Positions 1 to 8,912 of a stretch of DNA of 64,000 nucleotides are shown here, in pieces; within the stretch, counting starts at the first letter, position 1, and every line of letters begins with the position of its first letter. Source of the stretch: an uncultured Alphaproteobacteria bacterium (GTDB taxonomy: Bacteria > Pseudomonadota > Alphaproteobacteria > VGEJ01); NCBI GenBank assembly GCA_913041535.1, contig CAJWJK010000005.1, positions 8,984 through 72,983 of the forward strand. Reading direction: 5' to 3'. A program made the translations under genes and the position numbers. Under the pieces are notes generated by a model that was given only the letters and a program-made list of their open reading frames with translations, was not told where the DNA came from and made no database searches.

Positions 1-726
1 TCCTGCAGCTCTTAAGGGATTAGAGAGAGCTAACAACGCACTCTGTTGTTGTGTGTGGGGGGGTGCAGCCAAAGTATAGATTTGTTTCTTGGCTTGGATT
101 ATGAGCACACCAGAGATGGTGGACAACCATCTTGTTCCTATGCTTTCGAAGACGGGTGCTGCACGCAATATCGGTCGGCGATTAATTGGAGGTGCATACA
201 ATGCTCCTACTATTGGATTTGGGAAAAACATTGAATCTCGCATAAGTCTTACTATTTGAGGTTGGTTATATGGGTGACCGTGTCCAAACGGTGAATGCTC
301 TAATTGTGCCCATATTCCTCGGCGGTTTGGTAAAACTGCCAGGAGTGTTCCGTTTGGAGCCATTACACGCCAAACTTCTCGAAGTAGTGAACGAACCTGT
401 TCGCTTGTCTCAAGTGCATGAACCATTAGTACAGAATCAAATATCTCATTAGGAAATGGAAGCCGTTCCTCTTCAACTAGGCTCACTAGATTCTCAGCTA
501 ATTCGGGCCAACAGAGCGCACCTTGGTCAGCCGGCATTGCAGCCACTATCCGATTAGAGCAATCCATGAATGGACTGAGATATGGAGTCGCGTAGCCAAG
601 CCCAAGAATGTTTCTTCTAGTGCTATCAGTCCATAACTTGCGAATTTGGCGACGTATCATCCGACGTGCCACCTGTCCAAGGTTGCTTTGGTAGAAATTG
701 CTTAGATCAATTACATCGGGTCGCAT
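1..726 (-). CDS. Class I SAM-dependent methyltransferase, partial; it runs off the window start, so the ORF track omits it
   Basis: Translating the minus strand from the ATG at 726-724 gives more than 240 aa with no stop (MRPDVIDLSNFYQSNLGQVARRM...VLMVHALETSEQVRSLLREVWRVMAPNGTLLAV...). This resembles the Methyltransf_11 / UbiE-like fold. The two + strand ORFs at 46-234 and 270-452 lie antisense inside it. Confidence 0.6.
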   Translation of the reverse strand, partial: MRPDVIDLSNFYQSNLGQVARRMIRRQIRKLWTDSTRRNILGLGYATPYLSPFMDCSNRIVAAMPADQGALCWPELAENLVSLVEEERLPFPNEIFDSVLMVHALETSEQVRSLLREVWRVMAPNGTLLAVLPNRRGIWAQLEHSPFGHGHPYNQPQIVRLMRDSMFFPNPIVGALYAPPINRRPILRAAPVFESIGTRWLSTISGVLIIQAKKQIYTLAAPPHTQQQSALLALSNPLRAAG

Positions 727-957
727 GGCCCCATTTTAGCACTAAAGACGAACCTACGATAAAAAATGAGGGAGGGAACAACAGTCTCTGGGATTATTCA
801 ATGATGAGGGAGGTGGTTGGTATTGGCTGAATAAGAAAGCGGTTAGAAAATCAGCGTTGGTCAAATGTACCAATTACTGTCCTAGGTCTGTGAAGGGGTG
901 TTCGAGTGGTTGGAGGTTTTAAAAATTTAGGAAGTATAAGGATTGGAAAGATTTTGG

Positions 958-2634
958 CTAATACCCCAGTGCACAACCATCTTTACGGGGTTCAGAACCG
1001 CCTATCAGTGTCCCTCGCTTCCAATCGATCCATATAGCTTGGCCGCCACCAAGAGGAAGGGGAGGCTCTATAACCTTGTGGCCTATTTTCCTTAATTTAT
1101 GAACCGTATCCCTGCTAACGCTACGCTCAACTTGCAGTCTGCCGTCATAATAAAAGCCGCGGGGACAATCAAGAGCTTCTTGTACATCCATTCCATAATC
1201 AAGAACGTTGGATACGACGTGCGCATGTCCTGTCGGTTGATATTGCGCTCCCATTACGCCGTAGGGCATTACCGCACGATGGCCCTTCATCACCATTCCA
1301 GGAATGATGGTGTGTAAGGGGCGTTTCGATGGTGCAATACAGTTTGGGTGACTCGGATCAACAACAAAACCAGCACCTCTATTTTGAAGCACAACTCCTG
1401 TATTGGGACTTATCAGACCTGAACCAAATGAAAGAAATGTAGAATTGATGAATGATATGGTATTGAGGTCTCGGTCAACTACATTGAGATAAACGGTAGT
1501 GGAATGGGGGAGTGCTTCGCCTTCCTCAATATCAGTGATTATGCTGCGTGGGCGAATACGACGTCGTTGAATGTCCGCAAAAGTTTTGGAAAGTAGTTTG
1601 CGCACTGGGACATTAGAGTGTTGAGGGTCAGCAATAAATGCATCGCGTGCTTGGTAGGCGATCCGTGCAGCTTCTGCTTCAATATGAAAGCGTTTGGCTC
1701 CAGAGGGGTCAAGTGAGGCTATGTCATATCCAGCCATAATGTTTAGCATTATTAGAGCAGTAAGCCCTTGGCCATTAGGGGGAATTTGGAAGACGTTGTG
1801 CCCGCGATACTGAGTTTTGATAGGAGCCACATAGTCAGTACGGTGATTCGCAAAGTCATCCAACGTGTGAAGGCCACCCAATTTTCTGAGATAAGTGACA
1901 ATTTCTTTGGCTACAGGTCCTTTATAGAAAGCATCAGCCCCCGATTTTGCAATTTTTCTCATGGTGTTGGCCAGCTCAGGCTGTCGGTGAATATCACCTA
2001 CCGTGGGTGGCTTTCCACCGGGCAAAAAGATACGTCGCGCAGTGGGATCAATACGTAAAAGATCAACCAGGCCTGACCAATCACTGGCGGTTCGGGGAGA
2101 CACAGGGGTGCCTTGTTCGCAGTACTCTATTGCGGGTCGAAGGCAGTAACCAAGGTCCCGAGTTCCGTAGTCTTGGAGAATGCGGTCCCATGCATGTATT
2201 GCTCCTGGAATTGTAACTGAATGAGGACTTCGGGGGTCGATCTTTTTTATGTTGCGCTCGACAAACCATTCGGCACCAGATTTTTCTGGTGCTCGCCCCG
2301 AACCGTTGAGTCCTATAACCTTACCTTGGCCACCAGGTACGTAGAGGATAAAACAATCACCACCAATTCCAGTTGATTTTGCTTCAACAGCGCACAGCAC
2401 TGCACTGGCTGTAACAGCAGCATCGACCGCATTGCCTCCGTCTTGCAGCACATTAATTGCGGCAAGTGTCGCTAGGGGATGTGAAGTGGCTGCCATGCCA
2501 TTGCAGGCATGCACCGTAGATCGGCCTGGTAGTTGAAAGTCTCTCATTGCTCCCCTATCTATAAATCTTCTTGCGCAGTATGCACAGTGATTGTGCCATT
2601 GCAACGCATCGTATCTGACAAAGTGCTTCGTCAT
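958..2634 (-). CDS. ggt: Gamma-glutamyltransferase family protein
   Basis: The 558-aa product has the Ntn-hydrolase GGT hallmarks (ALPHSTTVYL, GGDCFILYV, MPYGVMGA). No clear signal peptide is visible. The true start may be an internal Met (MRDFQLPG...). Confidence 0.85.
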   Translation of the reverse strand: MTKHFVRYDALQWHNHCAYCARRFIDRGAMRDFQLPGRSTVHACNGMAATSHPLATLAAINVLQDGGNAVDAAVTASAVLCAVEAKSTGIGGDCFILYVPGGQGKVIGLNGSGRAPEKSGAEWFVERNIKKIDPRSPHSVTIPGAIHAWDRILQDYGTRDLGYCLRPAIEYCEQGTPVSPRTASDWSGLVDLLRIDPTARRIFLPGGKPPTVGDIHRQPELANTMRKIAKSGADAFYKGPVAKEIVTYLRKLGGLHTLDDFANHRTDYVAPIKTQYRGHNVFQIPPNGQGLTALIMLNIMAGYDIASLDPSGAKRFHIEAEAARIAYQARDAFIADPQHSNVPVRKLLSKTFADIQRRRIRPRSIITDIEEGEALPHSTTVYLNVVDRDLNTISFINSTFLSFGSGLISPNTGVVLQNRGAGFVVDPSHPNCIAPSKRPLHTIIPGMVMKGHRAVMPYGVMGAQYQPTGHAHVVSNVLDYGMDVQEALDCPRGFYYDGRLQVERSVSRDTVHKLRKIGHKVIEPPLPLGGGQAIWIDWKRGTLIGGSEPRKDGCALGY

Positions 2635-3152
2635 TTACTTGTTGCTTATAAGGACATATTACAACTGTTGCCCTAGCGGTATCCAGTTACGTCCATTTAT
2701 CCGTTCAGCTAAGTCTGGGCCTGGGAAAGAAACATTTTTAAATGTTGCTCTCTTGATAGATCAAGGTGATATGTGTAGTTGTTTTGAACAATCAGGATTG
2801 CGACTGAGGTTAGGTATTTGTCCATGCGCTTAAAGTATCCTGGCGAAAAGCCTTTCCGCGATTTTCACGATTTTGCAGGAATTCATGATTGGCATCTATA
2901 TCTCCATCTCTACTAGAATACGATGCTGTATGTGTGGTACTAGCTTGCGTAATGAAAGCATCTTAAAACTGGCATACAAGCTTGGGCGCCATCTGCATGA
3001 AATTTTGGTTCGAATGCTGATGGTGGATATGACCGAGATTAATTCTGTATTGGGGGCTGAAACTGTTCGATCTAAAGGAAATTGAAGATACTAGAGCTTT
3101 AATCAATGATGGCATCGTCGAAACGCCGATCCAGCAGTGGCGTTCACCTACG

Positions 3153-4034
3153 GTGTTTGAGCTCATGGGGAATGACGCTGAAGTATTTTTAAAATTAGAG
3201 CTTCTTCAAATCACAGGCACATTCAAACCGCGTGGCGCATTGACAAACATGCTCAATCTTTCTCAACAAGAGCGCGAGCGTGGAGTTGCTGCTGTTAGTG
3301 CTGGAAATCACGCTATCGCAACAGCTTATGCGGCAGGTGTTGTGGGCACCTCTGCTAAAGTAGTTATGACGGAAACTGCTAATCCATTTAGAGTTGAACT
3401 ATGTCGTCGATATGGTGCAGAGGTTATTTTTGCTAAGAACGTTCATGCGGCTTTCGAAGAAGTAAATCGGATATCGGAAGAAGAGGGACGACAAGTTATT
3501 CATCCTTATGAGGGCAAATTTACAGTGATGGGTCAGGCCACACTGGGGCTTGAGCTATGCCGACAGGTTAGCATGTTAGACGCAGTTATCGTCCCTGTTG
3601 GTGGTGGAGGATTGTGTGCGGGGGTAGGGAGAGCTGTAAAGCTTATTCAACCGCAATGTAAAGTTTTTGGTGTTGAGCCTGAAGGTGCAGACACTATGCG
3701 ACGGAGTTTGTCATCCGGAATACCGCAAGCAATTGATGAAGTGAAAACTATTGCCGATAGCCTTGGCGTTCCATATGCGGCCCCTTACAGTTTTGAGCTC
3801 TGCCAGAGTCATATGGACGATTTAGTTATGATTAATGATGAACAGATGTGTGAAGCAATGGGTCTTCTATTTCGGGAAGCCAAACTCGCAGTTGAGCCGG
3901 CAGGTGCTGCAGCAACTGCCGCCCTAGTAGGTCCTTTACGCGAGCGTCTTAAGGGTAAACGTGTCGGCGTTATAGTGTGTGGAACCAATATTGACCCTGT
4001 CAGCTACAGCAAGTTTTTGTTGTCTGCCAGCTAG
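3153..4034 (+). CDS. PLP-dependent threonine/serine dehydratase family protein (fold type II); the N-terminus appears cut off by a frameshift
   Basis: The lysine-pocket motif KLELLQITGTFKPRGA and a Gly-rich loop GGGGL are present. The expected N-terminal ~40 aa (…IEDTRALINDGIVETPIQQW…) are encoded upstream in the same frame, but the only ATG (3029) is in the +1 frame. The two frames are joined by a G5 run at 3052-3056. Confidence 0.8.
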   Translation: MFELMGNDAEVFLKLELLQITGTFKPRGALTNMLNLSQQERERGVAAVSAGNHAIATAYAAGVVGTSAKVVMTETANPFRVELCRRYGAEVIFAKNVHAAFEEVNRISEEEGRQVIHPYEGKFTVMGQATLGLELCRQVSMLDAVIVPVGGGGLCAGVGRAVKLIQPQCKVFGVEPEGADTMRRSLSSGIPQAIDEVKTIADSLGVPYAAPYSFELCQSHMDDLVMINDEQMCEAMGLLFREAKLAVEPAGAAATAALVGPLRERLKGKRVGVIVCGTNIDPVSYSKFLLSAS

Positions 4035-4045
4035 GAGATTACACT

Positions 4046-4639
4046 TTAGAACGGACGTCGAGAGTTGAGAGCCGTTATTAGCGTACCATCATCCAAGTAA
4101 TCAAGCTCACCACCCACTGGAACACCATGAGCAAGTCGGGATACTTGGATGTTTTGGCTGTTTAGTTGTTCAGCGATGTAATGGGCTGTAGTCTGTCCGT
4201 CTACTGTTGCACCAGTTGCAAGGATTATTTCTCGGAATTCTTGGTCCTGAGCTCGTTTTATCAGACGTGCAATATTAAGGTCTTCAGGCCCAATACCATC
4301 TAGTGCGGAGAGAGTGCCTCCAAGAACGTGATAAAGTCCTCGATAGATTCCTGAGCGGTTAAGGGCCCATAAATCAGCAACCTCTTCCACAACACACAAT
4401 GTGGATCTATCGCGGCTAATATCCAAGCAGAGGCCACATGGTTCTGTCGTATCAAGATTGCCACAATGCGAACACTGGCGGACTTGCTTCGCAGCCTCAG
4501 TCAGTGCATCCGCCAAGGGAAGCAACAAGGTCTCTTTTCGTTTGAGCAGGTGCAAAATCGCACGACGTGCTGACCGTGGCCCTAGGCCTGGTAGTTTAGC
4601 TAGAAGCTCAACAGCTTGATTAATTTCTGATCCGGTCAT
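4046..4639 (-). CDS. recR: Recombination protein RecR
   Basis: Contains the Cys4 zinc-finger motif (CSHCGNLDTTEPCGLC) and a Toprim region. It sits in the conserved dnaX-ybaB-recR order. Confidence 0.9.
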   Translation of the reverse strand: MTGSEINQAVELLAKLPGLGPRSARRAILHLLKRKETLLLPLADALTEAAKQVRQCSHCGNLDTTEPCGLCLDISRDRSTLCVVEEVADLWALNRSGIYRGLYHVLGGTLSALDGIGPEDLNIARLIKRAQDQEFREIILATGATVDGQTTAHYIAEQLNSQNIQVSRLAHGVPVGGELDYLDDGTLITALNSRRPF

Positions 4640-4675
4640 TGTATTTTAAGTTCAGCATCCAAATTAAATAGTTAC

Positions 4676-4999
4676 TTAAAACGGCAATTTCAGACCGGCA
4701 GGTAGATTCAAACCATCCGTAAGCTTGTTCATCTCTTCCGCAGTACGGGCGTCAACCTTTTTTCGCGCATCATTGGCGGCAGCGACAATTAGATCTTCGA
4801 TAACGCCCACATCCCCGTCAGTCACCAAGCTTGGACTAATGTGTACGCCACGTACCGTGCCTTTTCCTGAAAAGATGACTTTTACCAGTCCACCACCTGC
4901 ACTGCCCTCTATATCTATTTTTTCAAGTTCGTCTTGAGTTTCTGCTAATTTAGCTTGCATCTCCTGAGCTTGCTTGAACATTTGTCCCAAGTTCTTCAT
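4676..4999 (-). CDS. ybaB: Nucleoid-associated protein YbaB/EbfC
   Basis: The 107-aa product matches the family (MKNLGQMFKQAQEMQAKL...) and is co-oriented between dnaX and recR. Confidence 0.9.
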   Translation of the reverse strand: MKNLGQMFKQAQEMQAKLAETQDELEKIDIEGSAGGGLVKVIFSGKGTVRGVHISPSLVTDGDVGVIEDLIVAAANDARKKVDARTAEEMNKLTDGLNLPAGLKLPF

Positions 5000-6687
5000 T
5001 TAGAATTATCTCCATTATTTTGGATTTCGTTTTCGTCGAGCTGTGACAACTCATGAATATCAACTATCTTTGCTCCAGGGAATGTTGTCATGACTGATTG
5101 TACGGTAGGGTGTTTTGCAGCTTTTGCTTGCCGCTCTTCCGCTGCCGATTGGTGCTGCTGCGCTAGCGTTTGTCCGACTGGCGTATCAGTAACAATGATA
5201 TCCCAAAGACTTCCAGTCCAATCCTTCAGACATTCCGCCAGCTTTTTTGGCAGGCTTTCTGGCGCTGATGGTTCAAGAAAAATTTCTATACGGCCCGGCG
5301 AAAAATTAACTAGGCGGACATCATTAATTAGGTTGGCATAAAGGCGCATTTCCTTATGTTCAGCCGTAAGTTCAGTCAGCTCGCTAAACGATTTTGGATT
5401 GAGTTCACTTTGCCGGAAAGGCACGGATGTTTCCTGTGCTGCAGGTGAAGGTGTTTCCTGTGCTGCAGGTGAAGGTGTTTCCCCTGGATGTGTTGAAATG
5501 TGGGGTTTCGTGGAATCAGAAAGCTGCTTCACTAACTCTATTGGTGTGGGAAGACTGGAAGCGTGACATAAGCGCACCAGAACCATCTCTGCGGCGCTTA
5601 GTTGGTGAGGAGCCGTTTGTGTCTCTTGCAGACCTTTAAGCAACATCTGCCAAGTTCTAGTCAACACTGGTACGTCAAGATTCTGTGCCATGTTGTTTAA
5701 CATAGAGCTCTCATCAGCGTTTAATTCCTGCCCTATTTTCAGGTCTGGTATAACTTTTAACCGAGTTAACAGGTGTGTCTGCTCGAGTAGGGTTTGAAAT
5801 ACTACTACAGGGTCAGCACCAGCTTCATATTGTTCGCGTAAAATCGAAAGCGCCTGTTCTATATGTCCTGAAAATACCGACTCAAGCAGGTCCAAAGTGC
5901 GGACATTGTCTGCCAAACCAAGCAGGTGTCGTAGTTCCGATTCGCTGCTGGTGGCGCCATACGATATCGCTTTGTCGAGAAGGGATAGGGCATCTCGGAC
6001 GGAGCCCTCGGCGGCCCGTGCAATAATTGATATGGATACTTCGTCTATATTTATGCCTTCACATTGTGTGACATGTGAAAGGTGCGACTCTAAAACAGTT
6101 GATGGTATGCGACGCAGGTCGAAGCGCTGACATCGTGATAATACAGTAATCGGTACTTTCCGTATCTCTGTTGTTGCAAATATGAAAGTAACGTTCGGTG
6201 GCGGTTCCTCAAGAGTCTTAAGAAGCGCGTTGAATGCCGCTGTTGAAAGCATGTGTATTTCATCGATAATATAGACCTTAGATTTGGCAGATACTGGAGA
6301 ATAATGGACTGAGTCGATTATTGCCCGCATGCGGTCGACTCCAGTATGACTCGCAGCGTCAATTTCCAGAACATCAACGTGCCGGTCTTCAAAGATTGCA
6401 ACGCAGTTTTCACATTTACCACAGGGATCAAATCGTCTTGGTTGTGACTGTTTAGGACCGGTACAGTTTAATGCTCGTGCAATTATGCGAGCGGTCGTCG
6501 TTTTTCCTACGCCACGTACACCAGTTAGGATAAAAGCTTGCGCGAGTCGGTTAGTGCCGAAAGAATTCTCCAGCGTGCGTACCATGGCTTCTTGGCCAAT
6601 AAGCTGATCGAAGGTAGTTGGTCGATATTTTAGGGCAAGAACGCGATAATTTTGGATATCGTCTTTCGTCATCTTATGAAGTTCCAA
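4996..6687 (-). CDS. dnaX: DNA polymerase III subunit tau (gamma/tau)
   Basis: Carries the AAA+ Walker A motif (GVRGVGKTT) and the Zn module (CGKCENC). A Pro/Gln-rich linker follows, containing a tandem ETPSPAAQ repeat. Confidence 0.9.
   Translation of the reverse strand: MELHKMTKDDIQNYRVLALKYRPTTFDQLIGQEAMVRTLENSFGTNRLAQAFILTGVRGVGKTTTARIIARALNCTGPKQSQPRRFDPCGKCENCVAIFEDRHVDVLEIDAASHTGVDRMRAIIDSVHYSPVSAKSKVYIIDEIHMLSTAAFNALLKTLEEPPPNVTFIFATTEIRKVPITVLSRCQRFDLRRIPSTVLESHLSHVTQCEGINIDEVSISIIARAAEGSVRDALSLLDKAISYGATSSESELRHLLGLADNVRTLDLLESVFSGHIEQALSILREQYEAGADPVVVFQTLLEQTHLLTRLKVIPDLKIGQELNADESSMLNNMAQNLDVPVLTRTWQMLLKGLQETQTAPHQLSAAEMVLVRLCHASSLPTPIELVKQLSDSTKPHISTHPGETPSPAAQETPSPAAQETSVPFRQSELNPKSFSELTELTAEHKEMRLYANLINDVRLVNFSPGRIEIFLEPSAPESLPKKLAECLKDWTGSLWDIIVTDTPVGQTLAQQHQSAAEERQAKAAKHPTVQSVMTTFPGAKIVDIHELSQLDENEIQNNGDNSK
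5429..5484. repeat. Perfect 24-bp tandem repeat (2.3 copies) inside dnaX
   Basis: GTTTCCTGTGCTGCAGGTGAAGGT occurs twice, then a partial copy GTTTCCCC. On the minus strand it is in frame and encodes the repeated ETPSPAAQ in the tau linker. Confidence 0.9.
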
Positions 6688-6752
6688 ACGAGAGTATTAG
6701 TTCTGCATATCGGCATAGAAAATATGGGGCCAACCATTGTGCATCAGAGACA

Positions 6753-6851
6753 GGTGGGAGATTGGGTTAGTGACCCAGGCCGAACTCGTTACGGCTGCTT
6801 CCTTCCGGACCTGACCGGGTTAGCGAGGGGACTGCCCACTTCCAACCTCCC
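6753..6851 (-). ncRNA. ffs: Signal recognition particle RNA (4.5S, small bacterial type)
   Basis: The minus-strand transcript GGGAGGUUGG...ACCCGGUCAGGUCCGGAAGGAAGCAGCCGUAACG...CCAAUCUCCCACC contains the universally conserved domain IV motif (GGUCAGGUCCGGAAGGAAGCAGCC). Its 5' and 3' ends are complementary, and it lies directly upstream of dnaX in the conserved ffs-dnaX position. Confidence 0.75.
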
Positions 6852-6941
6852 AACTATACTATATCAGAAAATCTCTCAATAAATCCAAGTTCTACTAATT
6901 GAGTCCGGCATTGCCCATATGGGGGTGGTGTGTCACGCTGA

Positions 6942-7949
6942 TTGCTTCCCTATTGGAGCCAAATGACCCGTCCCACTAATAGTATGTCGCGTAAACCTTA
7001 CGTGTTCACTGGCAACCCTCTCGATAGGGCAGCTATCCTTCGCAAGGATCGTTCTTGGCTCGCGAAGACTTGTTTGGACAAAACCAGCAGAATCCTTCCA
7101 CTTTGCCAACTTCGGCCATTGGTGACACTTGATGAGACTCCAAAACTCTCGTGGCAACCTTTGGTTGAACTTGCAGGTATGGCGACACCTGGTTCATTGG
7201 TAATGCTTGGCGTGCTGGATGGATGTTCATACTTTTCTGCTGATTTTTCGATTGCGGTAGAGGCAAATCAATTTGAGCTTGCCATAAACGGCGGCCAGTT
7301 TGAGGATGCTCGTGGTATTGCTTCAAGTCTGTCATCTGGGGATGCGGGTATACTCGCGCAAGCTCGGTCATTGGTTGATTGGCACTTACGAAACGGTTTT
7401 TGTTCTGCGTGCGGGCGTTCCACAGAGGCGTTCGATGGCGGTTATTCGAGAACTTGCAATTCATGTGGTGCTCAGCATTTTCCACGTACTGATCCGGTAG
7501 TAATAATGCTTGTATGCTATGGAGAGGAATGTCTTCTTGGCCGTCAAAGCCATTTTCCCAAGGGTGTTTATTCTGCTCTAGCTGGATTTATAGAGTCTGG
7601 GGAGACAATCGAGGATGCGGTAGAGCGAGAGGCTTATGAGGAGTCAGGGATCACAATAGGTAACGTGTTTTACCACTCATCGCAGCCGTGGCCATTCCCA
7701 TCATCGCTTATGATTGGTTGCATCGCAGAGGCTGTCACAACCCTCATCGACATAGATGTAGAAGAGCTAGAGGATGCTCGTTGGTTTTCTCGCGCACAGG
7801 TCCGTGAGGGCCTGGGTCGGGCCAGTTGGGATGGCGAAAGTGACTTTCGTTTGCCACCACCGTTGGCTATTGCATATCAGCTAGCTCTCTGGTGGGTTGA
7901 CGCTGGTGATCCTTTTGGGGGGCAGTCGAAGGAAAATACTGGAGTTTGA
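6942..7949 (+). CDS. nudC: NAD(+) diphosphatase (NADH pyrophosphatase), NUDIX family
   Basis: Contains the zinc ribbon C-x2-C…C-x2-C (CSACGRS…CNSCGA) followed by a Nudix box (GFIESGETIEDAVEREAYEESG). The real start is probably the internal Met at ~6963. Confidence 0.8.
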   Translation: MLPYWSQMTRPTNSMSRKPYVFTGNPLDRAAILRKDRSWLAKTCLDKTSRILPLCQLRPLVTLDETPKLSWQPLVELAGMATPGSLVMLGVLDGCSYFSADFSIAVEANQFELAINGGQFEDARGIASSLSSGDAGILAQARSLVDWHLRNGFCSACGRSTEAFDGGYSRTCNSCGAQHFPRTDPVVIMLVCYGEECLLGRQSHFPKGVYSALAGFIESGETIEDAVEREAYEESGITIGNVFYHSSQPWPFPSSLMIGCIAEAVTTLIDIDVEELEDARWFSRAQVREGLGRASWDGESDFRLPPPLAIAYQLALWWVDAGDPFGGQSKENTGV

Positions 7950-8047
7950 AATACGTTGGAGCTCATGATTGGAACCAGTATGCGACATTTTTCGTCTGAG
8001 TATTTTTAAAGTTAGGTATGATAGCGCTGAACCCAACCATAATTGTG

Positions 8048-8899
8048 TTACCTGTCGTTTCTAAACGGATGTAAGGGATATACTCCTAATATCTTGATGA
8101 ATTCTGTAAAAAATGCCAATTCCTCCATAGAGCGTTTTACGGCGTCTTGTTCAGGATGCCCTTCGATATCACTATAAAATTGGGTGGCGCTGAAGCTACC
8201 TCCAAGCATATAGCTTTCAAGCTTAAGCATGTTGACGCCGTTTGAGGCAAAACCGCCCAAGGCTTTGTACAAAGCCGCGGGCACGTTCCGTACTCGGAAT
8301 ACAAATGTGGTCATTACTGGCACTTGGTCCAAAGGCGGGATTCCTTGTTCTCGTGCCATCATTAAGAATCTGGTTGTGTTGTGTCCCGCATCTTCTATAT
8401 CGGTTGCCAATACTTCCAAACCGTAAATTTCCGCCGCGAGTTCTGAAGCAATAGCTGAGCGGTGTTTGTCACCAGCCTCTGCTACATCACGGGCTGCTCC
8501 TGCTGTGTCTCCGTGCACACACTGTGTTAGACCTTGTCGGAGAATAAATGCTCGACATTGTGATAGCGCCTGAACGTGACTATGAACCTCTTGAAGGCTC
8601 TCTAGATGAGCTCCTTTGGGTGCCAAAAGTTGATGGTTAACCCGTTGAAAATACTCGCCGACTATGAAAAGGCCAGACTCGGGAAGTATACGGTGAATGT
8701 CTGCCACTCTTCCGGCGACCGAGTTTTCGATTGGAATCATGGCTAGGTCAGCTGAGCCATCTGCTACGGCTGAAAATGTATCCTCAAACGTGTTAACAGG
8801 CAGAGGTTTCATTTCTGGGCACGCGTTTCTGCATGCCAATTCGGAGTAGGCCCCTGGAGCTCCCTGAAATGCAACTAATGGTGTAGAGATATCAGACAT
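8048..8899 (-). CDS. pheA: Prephenate dehydratase (PDT plus ACT domain, no chorismate mutase domain)
   Basis: PDT-family motifs (GAPGAYSE, TRF) are present, with a C-terminal ACT-like segment. Confidence 0.85.
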   Translation of the reverse strand: MSDISTPLVAFQGAPGAYSELACRNACPEMKPLPVNTFEDTFSAVADGSADLAMIPIENSVAGRVADIHRILPESGLFIVGEYFQRVNHQLLAPKGAHLESLQEVHSHVQALSQCRAFILRQGLTQCVHGDTAGAARDVAEAGDKHRSAIASELAAEIYGLEVLATDIEDAGHNTTRFLMMAREQGIPPLDQVPVMTTFVFRVRNVPAALYKALGGFASNGVNMLKLESYMLGGSFSATQFYSDIEGHPEQDAVKRSMEELAFFTEFIKILGVYPLHPFRNDR

Positions 8900-8912
8900 A
8901 GTGGCACATATT

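Noticed and set aside
2990-3030. tRNA T-loop-like GGTTCGAAT at ~3006-3014
   Set aside because: There is no acceptor-stem complement or anticodon arm in the flanking ~75 nt. It lies inside the frameshifted dehydratase leader. This is a coincidental match.
7033-7485. A 150-aa ORF on the minus strand inside nudC
   Set aside because: It is fully antisense to a well-supported NUDIX/zinc-ribbon CDS, has low-complexity composition and no recognisable motifs. It is a typical shadow ORF.
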